Assembly: GCF_009834535.1 (NCBI RefSeq)
Contig: NC_045696.1
Span: forward strand, 110,610,001-110,674,000
Length of the DNA: 64,000 nt
Reading direction: 5' to 3'
Origin: Camelus ferus
Lineage: Eukaryota
Shown: positions 12,515 to 25,975 of the stretch, in pieces
How the letters are laid out: each line of letters opens with the position of its first letter
Numbering within the stretch: the first letter of the stretch is position 1
Position numbers and translations under genes: made by a program
The notes under the pieces: model-generated
Told to the model about the DNA's origin: nothing
What the model saw: the letters and a program-made list of their open reading frames with translations, nothing else
Databases searched by the model: none

Positions 12515-12655
12515 TTGTGCTACTAATTCACTTTGCTCCTTCTGAAACATTCGATTTATTGCTTCACAGGCTAGACCGACGGTATCTGGTCGCTTTTTCA
12601 TTCCATTCATCAGTGGGCCAATGGTCTCCAAAGATGCCATGGCACGAACACACAG
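12515..12655 (-). CDS. DNAJC13: DNAJC13 exon 53: [10 protein letters not shown]...QSELVAQ
   Basis: AAG/GTAAGT; 141 nt. Confidence 0.96.
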
Positions 12656-12958
12656 CTTAAGTGCCCAAAAAGAAAAGGTTACTCGCAGAGTGAGCAATAT
12701 TTTATACAACACGGTAAATACCACAGTCATAAAATATATGAAAAACCTACATTCAGTTCAAGTTTAATAATGAACCGAGTCAAATTCAGTCTATTAATGG
12801 TATCATTTAAACTGGTTTGAGAACTGTTATAATACCATGCCGCTCATATGGAGAAAGGCACACGGCAGGGAGAGGATTTATACTGCATGTACGTTAGCCA
12901 GGAAGACAGAGAACAGATCCATTCTAGAACTATAAGCTACTAAATGGACTCTTCATAC

Positions 12959-13138
12959 CTCGTTTTCAGACAGGGCATGGATAACCCGAATGGCACTCTT
13001 CGGAATGGCATTATTCCTATGATTCATTGCCTGGAGAACTTTGGGAAGATGGCCCAATGGTGGGACCTGATCAGCCAGCTGAGGCTGTGCATTGAAGAGA
13101 CATACTGTGGCCATTGTCAAAGTTTCCAGAGTTTCTCC
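12959..13138 (-). CDS. DNAJC13: DNAJC13 exon 52: [10 protein letters not shown]...[10 protein letters not shown]
   Basis: CAG/GTATGA; 180 nt. Confidence 0.96.
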
Positions 13139-14624
13139 CTGGACGGAATAAAACAAACAAACTATAAAATACTGATAAGTCTTAAACGTCCACGGTAATC
13201 ATGTGGTGTTAAAAACTAGGGATCCACCAGTTCTAAGTGCTGATACTTGAAAATTGACTCATAAATCCTAAAAAACTAACAAACTCCCCATCTTGATGGA
13301 AGGCATGAATTTAAAGGACTCTGAGAATGTGGTATCTTAATCTAAGCAGCCTTTCGCTGGGCAACGTCACATCTCATTTCTACCGCAGGTGTAAGAGATC
13401 ACCTCCCAAAAGATACTATTGGAAATTTTTAAATAATGTTATAGAAACGTTAGTATCAAAGAACATCAATAATTCATGAGAATACAGAACTAGTGAAATG
13501 TTTTCTCCAGTTATATTAAAAATCCTACTAATTAACACGCCTGACTGCCATGAACTTTCTATTGTGGATAAAAGACCTGTAACTTATACCATTATATGCA
13601 GACATATATCATAACATAATGCGTCTTAAATGAACATGGAAATTGGGATGTACTCAAAAAGTGATATAGAAGGAAAATGGTTTACGTTTTTCCCTTTCTA
13701 AGTTGCTACTTCTTAAGGATTTCATTTTTTAAGCAAACTACGTATGTAGTAAAGATCCTAGTAAAGGGAAATGTGACTGTGGAAAAGAGATGTATGTACA
13801 TATTTGGCACAATATTAATATTTTTTAAAAAGTCTTGCTAAGCTAAGGATAGTAACTAATAATTCCTAAGTACTCAACATACACCAGACATTAGGCTAAG
13901 CATTCCACAGTTATCAAAACTCATGAACACCTCGGCCTCATGCTGTTATCTTTCTATGGGGCAACAGAGGCAGAGTCACACGGTCCTACTCCAGGCCACA
14001 GAGCTAGTCGGGGATGGAGCCAGTACTGAGATCCAGGACCATCTAACAACACACCTCGGGCTCTTCATCATCTCCACAGCCAGTGTGTTTAATTAAATCC
14101 AACAACAATCACATCTTTCAATTATTTTCAATCTATAGGTTTAAATAACAACTCCTTATGTATGTCAGGGTTTCTGACTGACCAAACCAAGACCGAGTCT
14201 ACTTTCTTACTCACTTCTGCTCTCCTGGTAGCTGTTGGTTCTGAGCAAGGGTGCAGGTTCGCTCACATAGTTACCACTCTCCTGTCAATCCCTTCAACTA
14301 GGGTCATCCCTACCGTCTATGGAAAGCTGAGTGACGAACGTGCCCTAGGAGGACACACTTCTATTTAGGTTTCTACACTGAACATTTAGGTTTCTCCTTA
14401 AAACTATACAGTTGCTGGAAATGGGATGGCAGAATCCTTCTCTCAGAGCTTCTGTAATTGTCAGAAACAGCATCCTCTCCATATAGACAGCTCCAACTCT
14501 GGTTCAGAAATAACCATTTTACTAAGAGTTTCACTTCTGATCATGCTAAAAAAAAAAAGATGAAGGAGCATATTTGAATTTAAGTGTGCTGCTATACTGA
14601 AAGAGGTGGCGAATTATTTAAAAA

Positions 14625-14696
14625 ACTTCTTAAATAGTGGTACTGGGGGTTGAACCCAGGACCTCTGCACTCTACCACTGAGCTATACCCACCCCA
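14625..14696 (-). mobile_element. Short tRNA-derived SINE (same family as 11147, internal deletion)
   Basis: Minus strand GGGGTGGGTATAGCTCAGTGGTAGAGTGCAGAGGTCCTGGGTTCAACCCCCAGTACC. Confidence 0.8.
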
Positions 14697-14866
14697 CTTT
14701 TAAAAATTAAAGTATAGTTGCTGTACAGTATTATATAAGTTACAGGTGTACAATACAGTGATTCACATTTTTAAGGTTATACTCCATTTATAGTATTATA
14801 AAATATTGGTATATTCCCAGTGCTGTACAGTATATTCTTATATCTTATTTTGTACCAAATAGTTTG
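14697..14866 (-). mobile_element. Cetartiodactyl-type L1 3' end
   Basis: gtatagttgctgtacagtattatataagttacaggtgtacaa...ggttatactccatttatag...aatagtttg is the reverse of an L1 3' UTR. Confidence 0.75.
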
Positions 14867-14977
14867 AAGAGGTAGTCACTTCTTAACGCATGGTCAGTGA
14901 GGATGGTGTTTTAACAGAAACATCATCAACATACTCAGCAAACTATCTGAAATGTTTTGCTGACGGCGGAAGCTTAC

Positions 14978-15151
14978 GTGAGGATTGTTCTTCTCCAGGA
15001 GCTCAGTTAATTTTTCTAGAAGTGCAATAAGAAATTCTCGAGGCTTTCTTAGAACCCAAGCTGGTTGTGCAATAAAGATTCTCAAGAAAACTCCTCCAAC
15101 AGCAAGTTCACCCTCTGCTTCTCCAAACACCACAGCAAAGTCTTCAGGCAG
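14978..15151 (-). CDS. DNAJC13: DNAJC13 exon 51: [10 protein letters not shown]...LLEKNNPH
   Basis: AAG/GTAAGC; 174 nt. Confidence 0.96.
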
Positions 15152-15533
15152 CTTTGAACAGGGAAAGAAGTGTCAAGTCACTTAATAAATCGTCAGCTGT
15201 ACATTAATCAAGAAATGCAAACCCTATTAAAGAAACTCATGAAATTAACTAGTCCTTGAACAGTCATTAATAGATCAAATCATAATTATTGTTAAGTTTT
15301 ATTTTCTCTTAATAAAATTCAGAAAAGGTGCTTTAATTACTTATTTCAAAAGTGGGTGTTCCCACTTTTATGTTTAAAACCTGTCTTCCAGGGGAAGACC
15401 TAAAGTATCTTAAGGACAAAGTATGGAAAAGGCTGGTACTGAACTGACTCAGCAGGAATTAGGAAAAAAAAAAACCAAAACAATAAAACAGTAAAACATA
15501 AAATTCCTTCCTCTGAATAAAAGCATATTTTAC

Positions 15534-15576
15534 CTTCCAGTTTACATCAGGGTTGTCTTGCTGATTTTTAAAGTGC
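15534..15576 (-). CDS. DNAJC13: DNAJC13 exon 50: (E)HFKNQQDNPDVNWK
   Basis: AAG/GTAAAA; 43 nt. Confidence 0.94.
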
Positions 15577-15737
15577 CTTGGGGAAAAAAAGCAGAAGGAT
15601 ATGAGACTTCAGTCACAAGATACACTTTCATGAACCTTTACAGAGTAAGTCTTAGAGGGGCCACAGACAACATTCATTCGCCTGCCCAGTGACTCCACCT
15701 GAAGGCTGGAAGTCATGATGTGTGTGTCTCTACTTAC

Positions 15738-15907
15738 TCGAGCATCATTTCTCTAACAGTTGTGGACACTTTATCTCTGGAACTGTCATTCCAAATTAAC
15801 TCCGGATTTTCATGAGTTCCTTCAAAAATGTGGACAGCAGCTTCAGGGTTGTCTCTCATGGCATCCATAAAAACGCTTGGGAGAAATTTCATTAATGTAA
15901 TTCGAAC
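15738..15907 (-). CDS. DNAJC13: DNAJC13 exon 49: [10 protein letters not shown]...ELIWNDSS...VREMML(E); IWN repeat 4
   Basis: TAG/GTAAGT; 170 nt. Confidence 0.96.
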
Positions 15908-16437
15908 CTAGATGAAAGAGGTTTGAGAAAGAAAACAGACCCGTTGGAAACATCTCAGTATTGGTTTGCTTTACATTTCTCTGAGATAGAACGTGGCTGT
16001 ACTTTGTGTTACGGCTGCTGTGGGCCATAACTAGCATCTAGAACTTCGGCAGCGAGAGAAGAGGAACCTTGGTAACTAACAGATAAACCAAAGGTAACAA
16101 GACTCACTAACGACCTGCTACTACTTGCCTATCCAGTTTTCATTTCCTTGCTCCACCTCAAATTCAAGAAATGTTTAAAAAAAAAATCCAGCACCACTCG
16201 TGTGCAGTTCCCAGAGCACATCTGGCCACAACCTGCCCTGCACACGCTGCTCCCTCTTCCCAGAAGGCCCTCAGCTGGCCTGTCCCTCCATCTCTCCCCC
16301 CACATGCTAGTATGAATTCAGTACACAAAGAAACATCAAGAGCTCTGAACCTCCGAGCAGCCAATGAACTAACGGAAAGTGTCAGTTACACGACAGAGAG
16401 CATCTACGAAACAGCAGGTATGTCACTTTTCTTGGTC

Positions 16438-16752
16438 AAATGGGTCTAAGACCTAAATACAAGGGCTAAAACTATAAAACTCACAGGAAAAAACAGGTAC
16501 AGATCTTTCTGACCTTAGATTAGATAATGGTTTCTTAGATACGACATCCCAAGCCCAAGCTACAAGGACAACAAGTGCTGGGAGGAAGGGGAATGAAAGT
16601 GACTGCTGAAAGGGACGGGCCTTTCCCCATGTTGATGAAAATGCCCTGTAACTGACTGCTGTTGTCCAAGCCGCTGAGCTGTGCATTCTGTATGTGTGAA
16701 TTATGTGGTATGTCAGTTGTATCTCAATAAAGCTGTTACCAAAAAGGGAAAA
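16438..16752 (+). mobile_element. Old L1 (ORF2 fragment joined to L1MB-like 3' end)
   Basis: aaatgggtctaagacctaaat...aaactataaaactc...ttcttagatacgaca then ...tatctcaataaagctgtt + A tail. Confidence 0.7.
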
Positions 16753-17919
16753 AGTTACTGATGCCAGTTCTAGAATCCCTTGCTGCAAATCATTCAGTAA
16801 AGAAGCTGATACTTGTATTTTTCACTATACAGAAAATTGACACGTAAATATATTCACCTTGGCAAAATATCCCTCATTTACTTCAAAAGTCAAAAAGTTA
16901 CTGAAGAGCTCAAAATAATTTCAGTACACATTTATTTTAAATATTAAAACATTATTTAAAACATCTAATATTAGATGTTATAATTACGTGCTACTCAAAT
17001 CTAGCTTTAAGAAAACTCAATATTCTTCATTTTACAGACCCTTTCTATAGACATTCAAATAAAATCACCCATATCTCATCAATCCTGCTGATGACAAACT
17101 ATCAGCCACACTTTCAAAATAAAACGGTTCCAGGTCCTGTGACAGATTCTCAATAGCTAAACTGGGAGATCAGGCAAGAAAGAAAACAAATTGAATGCAG
17201 CCTGTTTTGCTGAAGTGAAATCAGACTCTGGAAGCGAGGGCTCAGGAGCCTTTATTTCATATCTGGCTTGGCACAGACAATGCTTCAGTGAGCATTACTT
17301 CATGTGAAACTGATTTAACAGAAGAAGGGACTTTGTTTACACCCATGCCTGGATGCAATTCAATGTAGAAGTATTGTTCTAACAGGTTCCTGCTCTACAA
17401 ACTGGACCGTGGTTCCAGAGATCATCTCGCCATCTCCAGATTCGCAGCGTGAGCTCTCCCTGCAGAGAAGGGAAGCAGGGTGCCATTACGCTCACGTGCT
17501 GTGTGGCCTTACTTCAAGAGGCTGGTATATACACCCGTAAGGGGTGTATAAGGACACAGATAACCATCTCCTTCATGAGCTGCTTTCATAGGCCAATTCT
17601 CAAAGTGTGAAAATCTAACCTCACCTATCTTCTGACATAACTGAAATACGCTTTTTTTCTTTCTTCAAGGGGGATGAACAGTTTTATCACTGCAATTCAA
17701 ACACTCCCTTAAGGCTTCTCAATTGTAGCACAGGCTTCCCCAAATATATTTTTTCTCTAACTAGTAATACACAGGGACAATTTCAGGTATGTTGATCTTC
17801 CAGCTTTCACATAGGTTATTTCCTCAGCATCTCAGACTTTGGTAAACCTCATGAAATCAGTTATCAAAGTAACAGAGCTTTAACAATTAATTTCTTTCTA
17901 AGAACCTATTTGTGCTCAC

Positions 17920-18032
17920 CTTTGGACCTATTAGTTTATCTGCTGTCATTTTAGCAAAAAGTTCTGCTGTCTGGGCTCGAACTTGTGGATGTGTTGAATT
18001 ACAGAACATATCTAGTAAGTAAATCAAAGCTC
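17920..18032 (-). CDS. DNAJC13: DNAJC13 exon 48: (G)[10 protein letters not shown]...DKLIGPK
   Basis: CAG/GTGAGC; 113 nt. Confidence 0.96.
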
Positions 18033-18256
18033 CTGTGAAGGAAAAAAATAATTAGTGTTTATACTCCATGTAAAAAATATGACTTTTATAATCAGTAGAA
18101 TTCATTTTCAACCTTATTTAAACTCAATGCAGTTATTTTTTTAAAACTGTAAGCCTTCCAAAGCATTCTTCTCATTTATTAGACTATACAAAGCAGCTCA
18201 AAGTAAGCTTCATAATTACTGAGAGTGATTAGGTGAGAAAGCACTTCACTCATTAC

Positions 18257-18331
18257 CTTTTGCCATTGCTTCTTTGATTATTTTTGTACTTGATGTCAAA
18301 GCATAAAGAGTTTCCAGAACAAGCTGACGAC
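18257..18331 (-). CDS. DNAJC13: DNAJC13 exon 47: (S)[24 protein letters not shown](G)
   Basis: CAG/GTAATG; 75 nt. Confidence 0.96.
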
Positions 18332-20218
18332 CTGCAGAGTAAAAGACATTTCAAGGAATGTATCATCACATCAGCTTACACATTTACCGGGCGTTGGTGC
18401 CAGAGACTAAACTAGGTGTTCTACACAGGGTAGCATATGTTCATCTTCACAAAAACCAGCAAAAGAGGTATTCTGATCTTGTCATGAGTGAGGAAGCGGA
18501 GGCCCAGCTTGATCAGCCCATGGATTTACAGCTAGTGGTACAGCTGAGTTTTTACAGAGGAATGTCTGACTCGAAAGGGCACATGCATCACCACTATGCT
18601 GTACTGTCTTCCTACCCACTGTTCACTGTGCAAACAAAATCTTCTCACCTCCTGCCACCCTGCAGATGCTCTGTTCAGGGATCTAGGAGTTTTATGCGGT
18701 GCTACTGTCTTACAGAAATGAGTTGGAAGTAGCAGTTGCAACACACTGTTCCAATCTAAGACCCAACAGCATCCTTCTGGACACAGTCTGGGCACCTTTC
18801 ACCCCTTGTCATTGAAGCAGGCAGGGCTACTGGACTTCGCTCTTCTAGAGTCGAATGGCAGCACCAGACAGGTGACCAAAGTAATAAACAGTTGGCAAAG
18901 AGGGTGGAGGCTGCCAAGTATTAGGCCGAGACTAAAACAACAAACACTGGTGGCCAGACTGAGGTAAGTTAACAGGCAGAATGAACACTCAAAAGATTTT
19001 TAGAAGAAATAATGCTTCATGGAAAACTCATCACTGTTCTAACCACAGCTTTGAAGGAAAACAAGTCTTTGGAGGGGGGTTGGGGAAGTTAAAATTTTAT
19101 GTATTTAATGTCCCTTAGCAAATAGTGGAAGATAATTTGGTCTACGACGTAAATGATAGCAGGGTAGGCTGAGCTATCTAGATGTAAGCTGTTTCACCTG
19201 TAAGGTTAGAATACTGACTAGACTGTATACATCAGATATAAATATAAAATAAGACTTTCAAACTATGACTTCTGTAGCATTCTTCACTTCATCAATCAGT
19301 TTAATTCTGCATTGTCTGAAGGCTTACAAAGCTGTTGGAAACTGACAAAAAAGAAAAACCAACTAAAGGTTGTAAAAATCATCTGCAAATGACTTTCAAA
19401 CATGTTATTTATTAAAGAAAAGAAAATTATTCATTGGAAATCCCACTCCACTCAATTCACTGAACATAAAAGGAATTCCTAACACGTGCAAGGCACAGAA
19501 GCACACCATGATCGAGGCAGACAAGTTCCTGCTCTCAAGGAGGTAGACAGGATTAACACGACTTCCAAGGGGTTGGCAAAGCTGACTCAGCAAAGTATGC
19601 TGATGGTCAGTGAAGTTGGAGTCATATCGCAACTGCCTTTGAAAAGCGATCTCAAGGTTGATTCTAGCACAACTACACACTAGACAACTGCACGTACGTT
19701 TATAAGAAGGCTGAATTAGTGCAGGCTGTATTCAAGAAATCAGGTTGGTGTATTTTTTTAAACTGATCTCATTCGGTGGTAGTAGTCACTATCAGTATCA
19801 AATCAGTAAATGGCAACACAGGACTGAACTTTAAGCTGAACACAAGGTGATTTTTATCTTAAGCGTTTCTTCTATTTTCTAAGACCAATTGTGGTTTTTA
19901 AATAAACCATGGAATATTAGTCAATTCTCAATTACTCATGTGTAGCTCACACTCAGCCAATGAAAAATCCTCAATTCTTTTCCTTTGCTTTTGGATCTCT
20001 CTCACCTCCAACTTTCAATACGGGAAATACAAAGTAATTTTATTAACTATGTAAAAAAGTAATTAGGAAGACAAATCTAACATAAAGCATACCACTTAAA
20101 ATATTCCAAAACTAAACAGGATAACGTTATGTCAGGTTTTTTACTATCTATGTAACTGCTCCCCTCCATGGGTTAACTGTGCTGTGGTTTTGAAAATTCC
20201 ATTTGTGAATATACGTAC

Positions 20219-20318
20219 TTGATGGCAAAGAATGTAGAAGAGCCAATAAATTGGACAAAACCATTGATTCAGCAATATTGTTTACACAATCTTGGTTAGA
20301 TGTCACTATATTCACAAC
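20219..20318 (-). CDS. DNAJC13: DNAJC13 exon 46: [10 protein letters not shown]...LLHSLPS(S)
   Basis: CAG/GTACGT; 100 nt. Confidence 0.95.
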
Positions 20319-21788
20319 CTGAAAATTAATCAACAGGATATTAATTAAGAGTTTTGAAAATAATCTCAGACTTAAAACAAATTTAAGTCAAATTAGTCAG
20401 AACTAAATAAATGTAAGGCTTCACCAAAATGAAAAAAATGTTTGGAGAACAAAATAATTTTTAGGCAAGAGTTTAATTTTAAGAGATTGGCTTTATTACT
20501 TTGATCTTTGGAGAAGTAAAATATGTTAATACTAATGCATATATTATGAACATTCAAATTCTATTAATTTAGAGGTAAGAAATAAAATAATCTAAACAAA
20601 TACTTTAGCACCAATTTACAATCTCAAGATTACAAAAAGCCTTCAATCCTACACAGTTCATGCTCCAGAACTATGGTGTACACTGCAGTGTTTTCCAATC
20701 ATAGATCTGCAGTGGGAAGATTAGGAAATGAATGATCTTCATTACTGGGACTTTCTTTTAGCTTTTAGAGGGAGAAAGTAAATGTCTTCAGTGCCCAGTA
20801 CAACAGATTGGGTCTATCTTTCCGTTATAAAGAAAATAGGTATATTTTTCTTTCAAAGAGCATGATCTCTCATGTTTAACTTTTATAATATGCATCTAAA
20901 GATCAATGTCACTTAACTTCAATCATGTGGTCGAATCTCAAAGCAAAATGTAGATCTAATAATGCTTATCTTAAAAGTTAACAAGGTACTTGAAGGAAAT
21001 AGTTAGAGAAGCACACTTTTCAATGAAAAGAACACACTAGTTAAGCTCTTTGACCAATCCAACCTTTATTGTTTTACTAAACATCTTTTTAAGACCAGAA
21101 TGCCATCTAAGAACTTAATCACTCATTAACTACTCATGAACCTGTTAACTGCAGGGCTGAATTCTTTATAATGGATTGTTCTTATTACAACAAGCAGGAT
21201 CATTTGGAAAAAGATCCTGGCAGCTCACCCTGGGTGCCTGAACGAGTCCCCTGTGACTGGGGTTTCCCCCACTTCTCCCAGAGAAAAAGGCTCCACCCAA
21301 ACAGCTTCTTACGGGACCAATTATTTCATTCTCCTGAAGGAGCCCCCCCTCCCCAAAACCACTCTCAAACCCCCACAGCCCACAGGTTCTGAGCAGTTGC
21401 TTTTCCTAGACAGCTCCTGTAAAGTGTGACACCCTCACTGGAAAGGCTGCTTCTGTATCAGATTCATAAGAAGGGAGAGCAATGGAGGGGGAGGAGGAGG
21501 GTCTGTTCTCTGGAACACAACCAGAGTGCCCTGATCTCAACATGTGGGGACACAGAGATCAGGGAAATCTTGCCTCCTTTCCTTGCTGATGTGTGGCCTC
21601 CAAGCTTCCTGAGTCAAATCCATTCCTTAACTCACCCCACATGGCACTACACAACGCATTCCAAGTTCTAATGCATGACAGACAATGACCACAGAGAACC
21701 ACCTTCAACAACACTATGCCACCTTTGCTCTTCAAAATGAGCATATTAATTCAAATTTTAAAAATATTCACTTGGCTTAAAAGGCAAA

Positions 21789-21839
<51 letters not shown>
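21789..21839. repeat. Compound (AC)n(GC)n(AC)19 microsatellite
   Basis: Directly visible. Confidence 0.95.
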
Positions 21840-21843
<4 letters not shown>

Positions 21844-21950
21844 AGCACATGCAAACTTCAATGAAACTTCAGATAGTAATTAATCAAAGCTCAAACCATA
21901 TATAGTAAGTGGTAGGAAAGACAACATGCTTTAGTACAAAATCCTTTCAC

Positions 21951-22042
21951 CTCTAAAGCCAACTGCTGTACTTGACCAGCTCCATGGACTCGAAGAAGAG
22001 AAAATATTAACTTAAAGTGTCCAATGCATTCACTTTCAGAGC
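21951..22042 (-). CDS. DNAJC13: DNAJC13 exon 45: (G)[10 protein letters not shown]...QQLALE
   Basis: TAG/GTGAAA; 92 nt. Confidence 0.96.
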
Positions 22043-22422
22043 CTATGGAGTAAAAATAAAATGTTTAATTTTTATTACCAAGAGATGCTCTAAATTATTG
22101 ACCTTCGAAAACCAATGTACACTGCTGGTTACTATCAACTCTAAGTCTCCAAAAGACTTTTCTCAACATTTGTGACATGAAGTAAGTGAAGTATCACCAC
22201 TAAGCACAGTACATCTTAAGAAGCAAAACGCTGTTAGAGCTTCTGAGGCTTGTTTGGTTTTCATTTCCATCCCCACCGCTAGCTAGCTCACAAGCTGAAA
22301 ACAAATTTACCAAATGCACAGTCCAAATACAATTCAAAAATGAAAAGTGTAAGGTGGGATTCTTACTCTTTACCGCTAGACCTCAGAGCTACCTCTCTCC
22401 GCCTAATTACATCTGGGGAGAG

Positions 22423-22438
22423 CGTGACGTCACGTGGC
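22423..22438. promoter_or_regulatory. Candidate intronic CRE overlapping an E-box/CLEAR-like site
   Basis: CGTGACGTCACGTGGC contains TGACGTCA and GTCACGTG; motif match only. Confidence 0.35.
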
Positions 22439-23416
22439 TTTTGATTAAGACTGAGAACTCTGCCACTTGAAGACTACATTACAAACAAACGAGCTCCAAA
22501 TCGATGGCCAGCTTTGCTGCAATTTCTCTGTACCTAATACGCAACTCCAAACAATAACAAAGTTTTCTTCAGATTTTTACAAAATCTGCCTTTAATAACA
22601 TCCCCATGTATACCTTGGGAATGAATGACTAATTTTCCTAACAACATTTAATTACTATTGCTTATTTTGTTTAACTCATTTGTTGGCAATAACCAAATGT
22701 CAGAAGTTTAATAGAACTGTAACACACAGTGAAAAGAGCAAAAAAGTACCTGCAATATAATTTTAAGTGTTAACAAAAAAGATGTGAGGTCTTCAATTAA
22801 CTTAAGGTGGTTTCCTATTGCTTTAGGTTTTGTCGCCTATACTGGTTTATCAAAGTTAGAACTGGAAGAAGCTGTTGGATTTTCACTCATCCATCTCGCT
22901 GATAACATTCTTAGAAATGTCCTCTTAAAGATGTTTTAACAATTTTTTTTATTATTTTAATTATTTTTAATTGTTTTAATTATTATTATTTTTTTATTAT
23001 TTTAATTTTTATACACGAATAACTTCAGGCAGTTTTTCAAAAATATGAATGGCCCATATACACATGGCATAGTGTTAAGGACCAAAAGAGGCAAAAATCA
23101 GATCACCAAATAAATCTAATTTAAGCACTTACACTTGTATGTTAACTTACGTCATCAATATGCAGTTTTATAAGAAGTTATTTTGCCTTTTCAACTCACT
23201 GAGACTTAACCTGCTCTTAGATATGACTTCTAAGCATGGTGACTTGACCTCTCCACCGTACCATATATAGGTAAAAATATTATGGGATCAGTTCCTAGTA
23301 TTATATTAAGTATTACATCATAACCAAGAATAATTTTCCCTGATAAAATTGAGAACTGGAATTTTTAGGGCTCTTCTATTATAAGTATCTTACTGATCAA
23401 GGGTACAGTCACACAC

Positions 23417-23594
23417 CTGGATTATATTTTATGACATTTCTCAGAGCCTCCAAAGCCATTTCCACTCTTGGCAAGCGGTCTCCATGCTGCTCGGACTCCA
23501 CTTTTGCAGCGTGTGTGATTGCCATGAATGTGTGGAGGTACTGGGCCTGGGAGCCTATATAATCCAAGAGACTTGCAGCAAATGCTTTTGGAAC
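23417..23594 (-). CDS. DNAJC13: DNAJC13 exon 44: [10 protein letters not shown]...LRNVIKYNP(G)
   Basis: TAG/GTGTGT; 178 nt. Confidence 0.96.
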
Positions 23595-24740
23595 CTAAGT
23601 TGAATGGAAAAATATTTAAAAACATGTGCGCCCTTGAGAATAACCTATTAGCGAAGACTCCACAGCAAAAACAAAAACATTTCAAGCTATGAAAGTGATT
23701 AAATTATACACACGCATGAATACATCTACAGATTAAGGGGGAGGGGGTGGAGAAACAGGACAAAATCCAATTGCGTTAGAAAGTATTTAACTTTTTTTGT
23801 CCTAATCCATTAGGGACTTGATATACTCCCATCAGTACTTTGATATAATTCTGAGACTAGAGTATGTCTTCCCTTTACCAAAGTAATTGATAGTATGATA
23901 TATAACTTCTATATTTCATTGTATTTTTATATTTAAAAATTACATGTATTTAAAATATGAAGTCAAAGGACAATCTTCAAAGAGACTGCACAAATCACTG
24001 AACTCATTCTGCTTAACAGCGATTTATATGTATTATTCTGTGGTAAATAATATACATTACAGTTTAGTAAATTCCTTTTTTTCCCAAGGGCAAACTCTGA
24101 AACAAAGCCTCACTTTTCCCCTCCTTATAAACCAATCAACCACCAAATCCTCCTTGTTATGTACTCCAAAAAGCAAAAACAAAAAAACTACAACAGAAAC
24201 TTCCTACACCATCCCTAAGTACTAAGAAGAAAAAGAAGCTCCTCATTTGCTTCTGGAAGTGATTAGGGATCATCACAAAAGATGAACCTGGTGTGACTCT
24301 AGTCATCAACTTAAAATTCTGCTTTCCACCTGTGCTGTCCTAATTTCTTCTAATAAGAGAAGGACTTCTGTCAGGTGGTCTGATATTCAGTATGATAGTG
24401 TAAGCAATTTGACATGTAAATGGCCTTACACTTCCATGAGAGATCAGTAAAAGTTGAAGGCATATACACATGACACAGTGGGACAGTACTGTGCACAAAA
24501 TATAAGAACAGCTGGGGAAGGAATAACTTCTTATTTATGAATCCACAAAATTAAATTCTTCAATGTTCAAAATAAAGAGGCTCATAAGTTATCAATGGTC
24601 ACCCGTCACATACCCAAGTTAGCATAAAGCATTTGGCAAAAAAACAGGTATTATTTCGATGTATACAGTGTGAATAAACTAGTTGCTTTCAATAACAAAT
24701 GATCAAAGGTATCAGACAAAACTAAAAGTCGAGAGCTTAC

Positions 24741-24857
24741 CTCGAGTGGGAAAGTAGGGACTTCATTATACACCCTGACAAAAATCTCCCCTACAATAAG
24801 TTCTTTGGCATGATCACTGTAGACAAATTCTGATCCGTACGTTTTGTCACAATCACC
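24741..24857 (-). CDS. DNAJC13: DNAJC13 exon 43: [10 protein letters not shown]...NEVPTFPLE
   Basis: AAG/GTAAGC; 117 nt. Confidence 0.96.
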
Positions 24858-25975
24858 CTTTTCAAAAAAGAAAATAGACTGTTAGATGTAAACTGGAGTC
24901 ATTTGTGTCTGGTTTATAAATTTATCCATATTCAGCTTAATAACAAGACAAATAACTTGAAAGAGCCGTTCGTTTTCCATAGAGGAAAAACGTGGTAGGA
25001 CACACATCACAGCACTCAGTGCAATTTTCATGTTTGTGATGTGGACTCTAGAACAGGTGCAGAGTTGTTACTTTTAATCCAAAGATCAATATTATAACTC
25101 ATTTTAAAATTTCAAAAGATCACAGAGATCAGCCAATGAAATGTCTCAGAGCTGACGTCTATAAGCAAGGATAATACTTGGCCCTTCTTACTCCGCTCAG
25201 CAGACGTTTGGCCCCATCAGATATAGGGTAAGAGAGTGAAGAAATAAAGGGTTTTAAAAAACAATACATTAACTGCAAGTGCTGGAAAACAGGGTCTCTG
25301 AATAAAAGCAGCAGGGTAACAGAGGTTGACAAATCAAGAAGAGTTTCCATTTAATAAAGGAAAAGAAAAAGATAGAAAAGGAATGGGGTAAAAAAATAGT
25401 CCCAAGATTTAGACTTAGGTTGAAATCGCACAAAATTTAGGTTGGACTGACTGAAATATTATGTGAAAGTACATCATAAAGTTGTAAAGGGTCAAACAAA
25501 AAGAAGATGATATTATGTCTCTTCTGGTGAGAGAACAGATGATGTATAGAAACCCGACACTTGTCCTCCTTAGCTCTGTTTGCTCTGCAATTTTCAAAGC
25601 TTCTACCTACAAAGAGCTCCGGTGACTATCAAGAAATGAGTTCAAAACCAAGTTTTGAAATTCTGAAGTATGAGTAATTCATACTATTAATGTGTCTCCT
25701 ATTTAACTCAGCAGTTGATGTGCTGAGCTTTTATTACCTTAGCTTTTCTAATGGTTTTGCATACTACACTGAAATAAAAAAGACCAAGCCTTGAAAAAAA
25801 AATTTTTTTTAATAGTTCAGGAAATAACAGCAATGGTTCCTCTTTAAATAAACTCCAAACCCACAAACATAACTGTCTTCTAAACCATCAAGACTCAATC
25901 ATCTATATATATACATTATCTAGGCCCTCTCCTTATTTCCCATCCTACTGTCTTTTTTTTCATGGCTTAACAGCT

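Noticed and set aside
12944..15185. Plus-strand ORFs overlapping DNAJC13 exons (12944-13198, 14985-15185)
   Set aside because: Antisense shadows of coding exons.
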